A stretch of DNA of 64,000 nucleotides from Patescibacteria group bacterium. GTDB lineage: Bacteria > Patescibacteriota > Minisyncoccia > UBA6257 > HR35. Shown here one piece after another: positions 56,127 through 64,000 of this stretch (position 1 is its first letter; every line of letters begins with the position of its first letter). The translations under genes and the position numbers were made by a program. Where the stretch lies: assembly GCA_030549895.1 (NCBI GenBank), contig JAUQQM010000001.1:44091-108090 (forward strand), given 5' to 3'. A model generated the notes under the pieces. It was given only the letters and a program-made list of their open reading frames with translations. It made no database searches and had not been told where the DNA came from.

Positions 56127-58021
56127 TAAAAAGGTATGAAAAAAACCCAATTTTAAGCCCTGATTTTAAATCATCTTGGGAAGCATATGCAGTTTTTAAC
56201 CCTTGTCCAGTAATTTTTAAAGGAAAAATTTATCTTTTATATAGAGCTCTTTCTTTGCCTCACTATCATCATTTAGCAAGAATGGTTCTTTCTGTCTCAG
56301 ATATAGGAATTTGTGAAAGTAAAGATGGAATTAATTTTAAAAAAAGAAGAAAATTTATTTGGCCAGAGTATGAATGGGAAAAATTTGGTTGCGAAGATCC
56401 AAGAATTGTTGAGTTCGAAGGTAACTTTTACATTTTTTATACAGCTCTTTCTGTTTATCCTTTCTCAAGTGAAGGAATTAAAGTTGGTTTAGCAATCTCT
56501 AAGGATTTGAAAAGTATAAAAGAAAAACATCTTATTAGTCCTTTTAATGCAAAAGCAATGAGTCTTTTTCCGGAAAGAATAGATGGAAAAATTTGGGCAA
56601 TTCTTACAGTAAACACTGATAGACCCCCGGTTGAAATTTGTCTTTGGCAAGGAGAAAGAATTGAAGATTTATGGAATGAGAAAAAATGGATAGAGTGGTA
56701 TAAAGAGCACAAGAATTGGGCTCTTAATCTTAAAAGAAAAGACAACGACTACATAGAAGTTGGCTCTCCTCCACTAAAGACTCCTTATGGTTGGTTACTT
56801 TTTTTCAGCTATATTAAAGATTATTTTTCTCCCTCAAGAGTTTTTACTATCGAAGCCATGCTTTTAGATTTAAAAGATCCAAGAAAAATTATAAGCAGAA
56901 CAAAATTTCCTCTTCTTTTTCCTTTGCAGCATTACGAAAGGATAGGCATTGTAAACAATGTTGTTTTTCCTTCAGGAGCAATTTTAAAAGGAAAAAAGAT
57001 TTATCTTTACTACGGAGCAGCGGATACTGTTTGTGCTCTTGCTTTTGTTGATTTTGAAGAATTAATTAAAAAGTTAACCGAGAAAAAAGAATTTCAAGTT
57101 ATAAAGTTAGAGAAACCAATAATTTCACCAACAGAACTTCCCTGGGAAAGTAAAGCAACATTTAATCCTGGAGTAATTTATCTAGAAGGCAAATTTCATA
57201 TTCTTTACCGGGCAATGAGCCAAGATAACACCTCTGTTTTTGGTTATGCTCAAAGTGATGATGGTCTACATATTACTTATAGATCAAAAGAGCCAGTTTA
57301 TATTCCAAGAGAGGACTTTGAAAAGAAAATTATCCCCAAAGGAAATAGTGGTTGTGAAGATCCACGAATCACCTACATAAAAGAAGATAAAAAAATTTAT
57401 CTTCTTTATACAGCTTTTGATGGTCTTAACCCTCCAAAAGTTGCTTTTTCTTCAATTAAAGTTGATGATTTTCTTTCAAAAAATTGGAACTGGGAAAAAC
57501 CAAAAGTAATTTCTTTTCCTAATTTAGATGATAAAGATGCCTGTTTGTTTCCGGAGAAAATTAATGGTAAATATTGGATTGTCCATCGCGTTGGTGATGA
57601 TATAGATATTACTTGTGTAGATAATTTAGAATTTAAAGATTATTTAGGCGAGATAAGATGGATTTGGCCAAGACCTGGATTTTGGGATAGCAGAAAAGTA
57701 GGAGCTGGTGCTCCACCAATAAAGACTCCTTATGGTTGGCTTTTGATTTATCATGGAGTAGACGAGAAAGGAGTTTATCGAGTTGGCTTTATCCTTACTG
57801 ATCTTAAGAATCCTTTGAAAATTATTTCCAGAAGTTACGAGCCATTTATGGAACCAGATAAAGATTGGGAAATTAAAGGATTAGTTGATAATGTAGTTTT
57901 TCCTTGTGGGATGGTTATGCTTAAAGATAAAATTTTTATTTACTACGGAGGAGCAGATAAGGTTGTTGGTGTTGCTTTAACATCTTTAAAAGATGTTTTA
58001 GCTCATTTAGGGATTAAATGA
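56123..58021 (+). CDS. Tandem double-domain GH130 protein
   Basis: Two sets of FNP..GCEDPRI..VVFP.G..YYG.AD. Confidence 0.88.
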   Translation: MIKRYEKNPILSPDFKSSWEAYAVFNPCPVIFKGKIYLLYRALSLPHYHHLARMVLSVSDIGICESKDGINFKKRRKFIWPEYEWEKFGCEDPRIVEFEGNFYIFYTALSVYPFSSEGIKVGLAISKDLKSIKEKHLISPFNAKAMSLFPERIDGKIWAILTVNTDRPPVEICLWQGERIEDLWNEKKWIEWYKEHKNWALNLKRKDNDYIEVGSPPLKTPYGWLLFFSYIKDYFSPSRVFTIEAMLLDLKDPRKIISRTKFPLLFPLQHYERIGIVNNVVFPSGAILKGKKIYLYYGAADTVCALAFVDFEELIKKLTEKKEFQVIKLEKPIISPTELPWESKATFNPGVIYLEGKFHILYRAMSQDNTSVFGYAQSDDGLHITYRSKEPVYIPREDFEKKIIPKGNSGCEDPRITYIKEDKKIYLLYTAFDGLNPPKVAFSSIKVDDFLSKNWNWEKPKVISFPNLDDKDACLFPEKINGKYWIVHRVGDDIDITCVDNLEFKDYLGEIRWIWPRPGFWDSRKVGAGAPPIKTPYGWLLIYHGVDEKGVYRVGFILTDLKNPLKIISRSYEPFMEPDKDWEIKGLVDNVVFPCGMVMLKDKIFIYYGGADKVVGVALTSLKDVLAHLGIK

Positions 58022-58770
58022 AAATTAATTTTAAAGATAAAAAACTTTTAGCTTTTGATTTAGATGGAACTTTAACTTTAAGTAAATCAAAAATTAAAAA
58101 AAAGATGAAAAAATTACTTTTAGATCTGAGTAATTTTTATTTTATCTTTATAATTGGAGGTGGAAGAAAAAAAGAAATTGAAAGACAAATAGAAGACCTT
58201 AGAGACTATGTTTTTCTTGGTGCTGTTTCTGGCACCAGAATTTATAAGAAAGGAAAACTAATATTAAAAGAAAAGAATATGACAAAAAAACAAATTGAAC
58301 TTATAAAGAAAAATCTTAAATTTTATTTAAAAAGTTTAAAACTTAATTTTAAAACATTTGGCAGAAGAATTGATTTTCGCGGTTCTCAACTTACTTTTTC
58401 TTTTTTAGGCGTTAAAGCACCACTTGAAGAAAAGTTAAAATTTTCCAAACTTGATGAGAAAATTAAAATAAGAAAAAAATTAATTTATTATATGAAGAAA
58501 AGATTAAAAAATATTGACTCTTCCATAGGTGGCTTAACTTCAGTTGATTTTAATTTAAAAAATCAAAATAAAGGTTCAATGATTTTAAAGCTTGCTAAAT
58601 TTTTAGGAATTAAAAAGAGGGAAATTTTATTTTTTGGGGATAAAATTTTTCCTTATGGTAACGATTATTCTGTTTTTAAAAAAGGAATAGAATGTATTTT
58701 AGTTAAAAATCCAGAGGAGACTTTTAAAATTTTAAAGAAAATTTATGGATATTTTAAAAATAATAATTGA
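58018..58770 (+). CDS. HAD-IIB phosphomannomutase (eukaryote-type PMM-like)
   Basis: FDLDGTL, RGSQLTFS, GGLTSVD, FGD...GND. Confidence 0.8.
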   Translation: MKINFKDKKLLAFDLDGTLTLSKSKIKKKMKKLLLDLSNFYFIFIIGGGRKKEIERQIEDLRDYVFLGAVSGTRIYKKGKLILKEKNMTKKQIELIKKNLKFYLKSLKLNFKTFGRRIDFRGSQLTFSFLGVKAPLEEKLKFSKLDEKIKIRKKLIYYMKKRLKNIDSSIGGLTSVDFNLKNQNKGSMILKLAKFLGIKKREILFFGDKIFPYGNDYSVFKKGIECILVKNPEETFKILKKIYGYFKNNN

Positions 58771-59668
58771 ACATTTTTTTAAAAGCTTAAAATTCAGACC
58801 AAAAATTTCAAAAGGATTTAAACTTAAAAAAAGAGTTTTATTTTTTGGACTTGGTGGCTCTGGTTTTGGCGGAGAGATTTTAAAATTCCTTAGCAAAAGA
58901 GTTATTTTAGTTGAAAAGAATTATAAGTTTAGTTTTCAGCAAAAATTAGATGATTTTTCTACTATTGTCTGTTCTTGGTCAGGAAAAACAAAAGAGATTC
59001 AACTTGTTTTAAATGAAATAAAAAAAACAAAACCACTTATTGTGAGTTCTGGTGATCTTGCAAGTAAATTTAAAAATTTACCAACGATAATTTTACCAAA
59101 AAATGAGTTTCCTCCTCGTTTTAATCTAGGTTACTTTATTTCTGTTTTTTCTTTTCTTGAAGAAAAAAAGCTTTGGAGAAGACTTCAAAAAATAAATACA
59201 AAAAAAATTTTAAAGAAAGTATTGGAAATTTTAGATGATAAATTTTCAAAAGATGTTATTTTAAAAATTAAAAAGAGAATTTCTTTGGTTTATAGTTCAA
59301 AAGAAAATTTTCCTCTTGCTTATCTTATGAAGATAAAATTAAATGAAAATTCAAAAATTCCAGCTTTTTGCAATTTTTTTCCTGAGCTTGCTCATAATGA
59401 ACTTTCTTTTCTTCCAAGATATTCTCGAAAATTTTTGTTTGTTATTTTAAAAGATAAAAAAGAAAAGTTTATAGAGTTCCAAGTTGAAATTTTTAAAAAA
59501 ATTCTAAAAAATTCAGAAATAATCGAGATAATTTTACCTGAAGAAAAACTCGAAAAGCTTATCTTTGTAAATCTTCTTTCCGACGTCCTTACTTATAAGA
59601 TTTCTGGTTCGAATATAATAAAAAATAAGACTTTAGAAGTTTTTAAAAAAAAATTTAGGAAAATATGA
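58745..59668 (+). CDS. Bifunctional phosphoglucose/phosphomannose isomerase (SIS fold)
   Basis: GLGGSG, SWSG.T.E, PR, NENSK, FPELAHNE. Confidence 0.78.
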   Translation: MDILKIIIEHFFKSLKFRPKISKGFKLKKRVLFFGLGGSGFGGEILKFLSKRVILVEKNYKFSFQQKLDDFSTIVCSWSGKTKEIQLVLNEIKKTKPLIVSSGDLASKFKNLPTIILPKNEFPPRFNLGYFISVFSFLEEKKLWRRLQKINTKKILKKVLEILDDKFSKDVILKIKKRISLVYSSKENFPLAYLMKIKLNENSKIPAFCNFFPELAHNELSFLPRYSRKFLFVILKDKKEKFIEFQVEIFKKILKNSEIIEIILPEEKLEKLIFVNLLSDVLTYKISGSNIIKNKTLEVFKKKFRKI

Positions 59669-60558
59669 GGGAGATAAAATACAATAAGAATTTTAAAATA
59701 ATTACAGTTATTGATCCAGGTGCTGATGATTTTGATTTCATCGAGAATGAATTCAAGATAGAAAAGAACGATTTAGAAGAATTTAAAATGCCCTATCATC
59801 TTTCTGATTATGATGTAAGGACTAAGTACAGTTTTTTAGTTATTTCTTTCCCTAAAGAGAAAAATTTTTTAAAAGAGGCCCTTGAAATAGAAAATGTTTA
59901 CTTTTTCTTTTCTAATACTTTCTTTATTTGTCTTTCTAAAGGAGAGTCACTAGTAAACAAGATAATAGATGATATTTTAGATAACCCAAAAATTTCTCTT
60001 CCTAATACTGAAAAATTACTTTATTACATTTTAAAATCCCTTCTTAAAGTTTACTATTCAATTTTAAGAACAATAGATCATGAAATAAATTTTTTAGACA
60101 AAAATATAAATAAATTATCACCTCAAATCCTTAACCAGAGAATTGTCTTTTTAAAGAAAAATCTCATTTTATTTTTAACAAACACAAAATCTTTTTATGA
60201 AGTTTTTGAAGAAATTGTCAAAAACCGCATGCCAAATTTTAGAAGATATTCTCATCTTTGGGAAGGTTTTTTGGATGAAGTAAATTATATCTATGTTAGG
60301 CTTGAAGACTATCAACTTATCATTGATGGCTATCAAAGATCAATTGAAAATATCCTTTCTATCAACATTAACAAAAATATTTTGCTTATAACTTTGATTC
60401 AGACATTATTTTTACCTCCAACACTTATAGCTTCAATTTATGGCATGAATGTAAATTTACCACTTGCTCATAAAAATTATGCTTTTTATCTTATTTTATT
60501 TTTTATGTTTTTTATAAGTATTCTTTTTTGGCTTTTGTTAATTAAAAAGAAAGGCTAA
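59665..60558 (+). CDS. corA: CorA-family Mg2+ transporter
   Basis: PPTLIASIYGMN followed by a terminal TM. Confidence 0.85.
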   Translation: MREIKYNKNFKIITVIDPGADDFDFIENEFKIEKNDLEEFKMPYHLSDYDVRTKYSFLVISFPKEKNFLKEALEIENVYFFFSNTFFICLSKGESLVNKIIDDILDNPKISLPNTEKLLYYILKSLLKVYYSILRTIDHEINFLDKNINKLSPQILNQRIVFLKKNLILFLTNTKSFYEVFEEIVKNRMPNFRRYSHLWEGFLDEVNYIYVRLEDYQLIIDGYQRSIENILSININKNILLITLIQTLFLPPTLIASIYGMNVNLPLAHKNYAFYLILFFMFFISILFWLLLIKKKG

Positions 60559-61955
60559 TCAATTATTTTAATTTTAAGCTCTTTGAGTTTTTCTTCATCT
60601 AAGTTATCAGGAGAATTCATCATTAAGTCTTGTCCTTCACCAGTTTTTGGAAAAGCAATAACTTCTCTTATTGAGGGTTCATTAAAAATTACCATTAAGA
60701 ATCTATCTATTCCAGGAGCAATACCACCATGAGGTGGTACGCCATATTTGAAAGCTTCAATAAGATGACCAAACTTTTTTTCTATATCTTCTTTTTTATT
60801 TCCCATCACCTCAAAGACTTTAATTAAAATGTCAATATCAGTTTCTCTTAAAGATCCGCCACCAATCTCATAACCATTACAAACAAAGTCATATTGAAAA
60901 GCAAACAAACTTTGAGGCTCTTTTTCTAATTTTTCTATCAAATCTTTTTTTGTTCCAGTTCTTTTTATTTTTACGAAAGGATGATGAACAGCGTCCCATC
61001 TTTTTTCAGTTTCTTTCCATTCGAACATTGGAAAATCAACAATAAAAGCAAAAGCAAGCTCGTTTGGGTCATTTTTATTTTCTCTTAAATCAGGTTTATC
61101 AGTTTTGTATTTTTCTATAACTTCTTGATATTTAAGTCGTGGAAAAGGAACTTTAGTAATTTTTTTCTCTGGAAATAGCTCTTTTACAAGATCTAGGTAT
61201 AAGTTTTCTATTAAACTTAGAATTTCTTCTTGATCTTCAACCCAAGAAATTTCAATATCTAATTGAGTAAATTCAGGTTGTCTATCACCTCTTGGATCTT
61301 CATCGCGAAAGCATCTAGCTATTTGAAAATATTTCTCAAAACCAGCTATCATTAAAAGTTGCTTATATTGTTGAGGTGATTGGGGCAAAGCATAAAATTT
61401 TCCAGGATAAAGTCTTGAAGGAACAACATAATCTCTTGCTCCTTCAGGTGTAGATTTTGTTAGAATCGGAGTTTCAATTTCTATAAAACCTCTTTCAGTA
61501 AGCCAGTTTCTTATAAAAAGAATAGTTTTGTGTCTGTAAAGAAGATTTCTAAATAGTCTTTCTCTTCGAAGATCAAGATATCTATACTTTAATCTTAACT
61601 CTTCGCTTATTTCGTACCCCTCGGTTTCCAAAGGAAAGGGTGGGATGAGGGAGCTAGAGAGAACTTCTAATTTTTCAACTTTTAGTTCGATTTCGCCAGT
61701 TTTTATTTTTGGGTTAATTAAATTTTCAGGTCTTTTTTGGATAATTCCTTCAACTTTTAGAGCACCATATTTTGATTTTTTAAGAATTTGAAAACCTGGA
61801 TTTGTAGAGTCAATGACTGCTTGTAAAATTCCTGAACGATCTTTTAAATCAAAAAAGATTAATTTTCCATGATCTCTAAAATTCCAAACCCAACCATAAA
61901 GAGTTACTCTTTTGTTTATAAATTTTAAAGTATCTTCAATGAATATTTCTTTCAT
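60555..61955 (-). CDS. aspS: Aspartate--tRNA ligase (short, lacking GAD insert)
   Basis: RDHG, RLKYRYLDLR, LPQSPQ, FRDED, EFTQLD, PPHGGIA.G.DR. Confidence 0.95.
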   Translation of the reverse strand: MKEIFIEDTLKFINKRVTLYGWVWNFRDHGKLIFFDLKDRSGILQAVIDSTNPGFQILKKSKYGALKVEGIIQKRPENLINPKIKTGEIELKVEKLEVLSSSLIPPFPLETEGYEISEELRLKYRYLDLRRERLFRNLLYRHKTILFIRNWLTERGFIEIETPILTKSTPEGARDYVVPSRLYPGKFYALPQSPQQYKQLLMIAGFEKYFQIARCFRDEDPRGDRQPEFTQLDIEISWVEDQEEILSLIENLYLDLVKELFPEKKITKVPFPRLKYQEVIEKYKTDKPDLRENKNDPNELAFAFIVDFPMFEWKETEKRWDAVHHPFVKIKRTGTKKDLIEKLEKEPQSLFAFQYDFVCNGYEIGGGSLRETDIDILIKVFEVMGNKKEDIEKKFGHLIEAFKYGVPPHGGIAPGIDRFLMVIFNEPSIREVIAFPKTGEGQDLMMNSPDNLDEEKLKELKIKIID

Positions 61956-62665
61956 AATAAAGTATTAAAGTAAATATCTTCTACTTCATTTTGATTATCT
62001 AGGGCCTCAAGTAGTTTTTTTAATTTTTCTTTTCCTTCATCTGAGATGGTTATTATTTCTTTTGGTACCCAAGAAATTTCTATTTCATTTTTTATTTCTT
62101 TATTTTCCTCTAAAAATTTCTTAAAATTTTTAAAATCTTCAAGATCAAAATAAACTTCAACAGAATCATCAATTTTTATATCTTTTGCTCCTAAATCAAT
62201 TAATTTTTCTTCTAATTTTTCATTAAATACATTTTTTTCAAATCTTATAATTCCTTGTTCTTCAAAAAGCCATTTTACTGCACCGCCCTCAGCAAGTTTT
62301 CCCCCGAATTTGTTAAGGATTCCTTTAATTTCAGATGTTGTTCTATTTCTATTTTCAGTAATAGCTTTTACCAAAATTGCTACTCCTTCTGGTCCATAAA
62401 TTTCATAAAAGACTTCTTCAAGATTTTCATGCTCAACTATTCCACTTGCTCTTTTTATTGCTCTTTCAATATTTTCCTGAGGCATTCCTAAAGACTTTGC
62501 TTTTTCTATAGCTGCTTTTAATTTGAAATTTCCTTCAACATCTGGCCCTCCCTGTCTTACAGCTACAGTTATTTCATTAGCAAGTTTGGAGAAAAGCTGC
62601 CCCCTTTTTTGATCTAAGATAGCTTTCTTATGTTTTATTTGTGCCCACTTAGAATGACCAGCCAT
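61952..62665 (-). CDS. yebC: YebC/PmpR-family protein
   Basis: MAGHSKWAQIKHKK, YE.YGP.GV, T.N.NRT. Confidence 0.93.
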   Translation of the reverse strand: MAGHSKWAQIKHKKAILDQKRGQLFSKLANEITVAVRQGGPDVEGNFKLKAAIEKAKSLGMPQENIERAIKRASGIVEHENLEEVFYEIYGPEGVAILVKAITENRNRTTSEIKGILNKFGGKLAEGGAVKWLFEEQGIIRFEKNVFNEKLEEKLIDLGAKDIKIDDSVEVYFDLEDFKNFKKFLEENKEIKNEIEISWVPKEIITISDEGKEKLKKLLEALDNQNEVEDIYFNTLL

Positions 62666-62675
62666 AAAAATAATT

Positions 62676-64000
62676 TTAACTTAATTTTTCGATAGCTTTT
62701 TTTACTCTTTGGATTGTTCTTTCTTTGCCTAATATTGAAGCTATCTCAAATGGTCCCGGTGAAGCTTCAAGTCCAGTTAGAGCTACTCTAAATGGCCAAA
62801 AAACAAGACCTAAGTCATTAGGAGAAAGTTTTGAAAGTTCTAACTTTATTTTTTCAGGATTAAATTCTTTTTCTTCAATTCCTTCGAGGACATTTAAAGT
62901 TTTTTCTAAAAATTCTTTTATAGCTGTAGATGGTGCTTTATTCCAAATTAAAAGTTCAGGTTTATAATCTGGTTCTTCAAAAAAGTAAAATGAATTTTCT
63001 ATAAGTTCTTTTAGGGTTGAAGCTCTTTCTTTAGCTAAATTAATTATTTTTAAAATATAACTTTCATCTTGGAAGTTATATTTTTCTTTAAAATCTTTAT
63101 AGGTTAAACTTAAAATTTCACTAGGACTTTTTCTTAGAAGATAGTATCTATTAAACCAAATAAGTTTTTTCTCGTTAAAAACAGCTGGCTTTTTCTGGAT
63201 TCTTTCAAGAGAAAAAGCTTCAATTGCTTCATTTAAAGAATAAATTTCTCTATCACTTGATTCATGCCATCCTAAAAGTAAAATAAAGTTTATTATTGCT
63301 TCAGGCAAAAATCCTTCTTCTTTTAACTCCGAAATACTTGTTGCTCCATGCCTTTTAGAAAGTTTAGAATAATCTTTAGAAAGGATCATCGGAAGATGAG
63401 CATATTGGGGAATTGGCATGTTTAAAGACTTTAAGACTATTATCTGTTTTGGTGTATTTGAAAGATGATCTTCGCCTCTTATTACATGAGAGATACCCAT
63501 TAAAGCATCATCTACTGGAGTAGCGAAGTTAAATAATGGCTCTTCTTCTGATTTTGCTATTATAAAGTCTCCAATCAAGAGTGTATCGAAGATAACTTTT
63601 CCTTTTATAAGATCATTTATTTCTAATTTTTGAGGTTCAACTTTTATTCGGAAAACATAACTTCTTGTTCTTTCAAAAAAGCTTATTTCTTCTTTTGTTA
63701 GTTTTGAACATCTACCAGAGTATCTTGGAGCAATACCTTGAGATATCTGTTCTAGCTTTTGAGCTTCGAGTTCTTCTTTGGTACAGAAGCATTTATATAC
63801 TTTTCCTTCTGATTGAAGTTTTTTTATTAGCTCTTTATAAGTTTCAATTCTTTCTGATTGTCTGAAAAAGGAGTCAAATTCAATGTTAAGCCATAAAAGA
63901 GAATTTTTAATATCTTCCTCAAACTCTTTTTTAGATCTTTCTTTATCTGTGTCTTCTATTCTTAAGATAAATTTGCCTTTATTTTTTCTTGCAAAAAGAA
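62676..64000 (-). CDS. gltX: Glutamate--tRNA ligase (5' end outside the window)
   Basis: Frame stays open to the window end: FILRIEDTD, RQSER, YKCFCT, HVIRGEDH, KLSKRHG. Confidence 0.95.
   Translation of the reverse strand, partial: LFARKNKGKFILRIEDTDKERSKKEFEEDIKNSLLWLNIEFDSFFRQSERIETYKELIKKLQSEGKVYKCFCTKEELEAQKLEQISQGIAPRYSGRCSKLTKEEISFFERTRSYVFRIKVEPQKLEINDLIKGKVIFDTLLIGDFIIAKSEEEPLFNFATPVDDALMGISHVIRGEDHLSNTPKQIIVLKSLNMPIPQYAHLPMILSKDYSKLSKRHGATSISELKEEGFLPEAIINFILLLGWHESSDREIYSLNEAIEAFSLERIQKKPAVFNEKKLIWFNRYYLLRKSPSEILSLTYKDFKEKYNFQDESYILKIINLAKERASTLKELIENSFYFFEEPDYKPELLIWNKAPSTAIKEFLEKTLNVLEGIEEKEFNPEKIKLELSKLSPNDLGLVFWPFRVALTGLEASPGPFEIASILGKERTIQRVKKAIEKLS

Noticed and set aside
62676-63578. 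Split or truncated gltX
   Set aside because: The frame stays open to the window edge; the short ORF is a window artefact.
3775-63865. Short ORFs inside longer genes (e.g. 3775, 13975, 16594, 18694, 25712, 26751, 27105, 31807, 32872, 34869, 40158, 50062, 50145, 51574, 52810, 54577, 55140, 56455, 62255, 62725, 63665)
   Set aside because: Antisense or off-frame shadows of well-supported genes, with no motifs.
1-64000. Alternative genetic code (TGA=Gly, code 25)
   Set aside because: Conserved genes are full length in code 11 and TGA ends genes at expected positions with ATGA overlaps.

Overview
Very AT-rich, tightly packed bacterial chromosome segment in genetic code 11. It spans the probable replication origin (rpmH <- -> dnaA-dnaN, gyrB nearby). 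Gene content and style point to a Patescibacteria/CPR (Parcubacteria-like) genome, by inference: shortened tRNA synthetases, pilus/competence genes, lamin-tail surface proteins, GH130 locus, no biosynthetic operons. It carries housekeeping genes (leuS, valS, aspS, gltX, gyrB, pnp, dcd, galU, pgk, ftsW, rodA, ribosomal proteins), seven CCA-less tRNA genes, a decaying glycosyltransferase island, a 1519-aa phospholipase C/P1-nuclease + lamin-tail surface protein, and a GH130-PMM-PGI/PMI mannoside operon. Most notable: (1) eight phased 16-bp palindromes TGTTYCTCGAGRAACA, a parS look-alike with an altered core; (2) a plant-type RGP/UDP-arabinopyranose mutase (GT75) homologue heading the glycan island; (3) a leaderless 16-codon uORF coupled to mutually exclusive antiterminator/terminator hairpins; (4) tRNAs butted directly against CDS ends and starts, with pervasive leaderless -10 promoters; (5) the PLC-like giant protein with a membrane partner. 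All functional calls are from motif recognition by eye; no searches were run.
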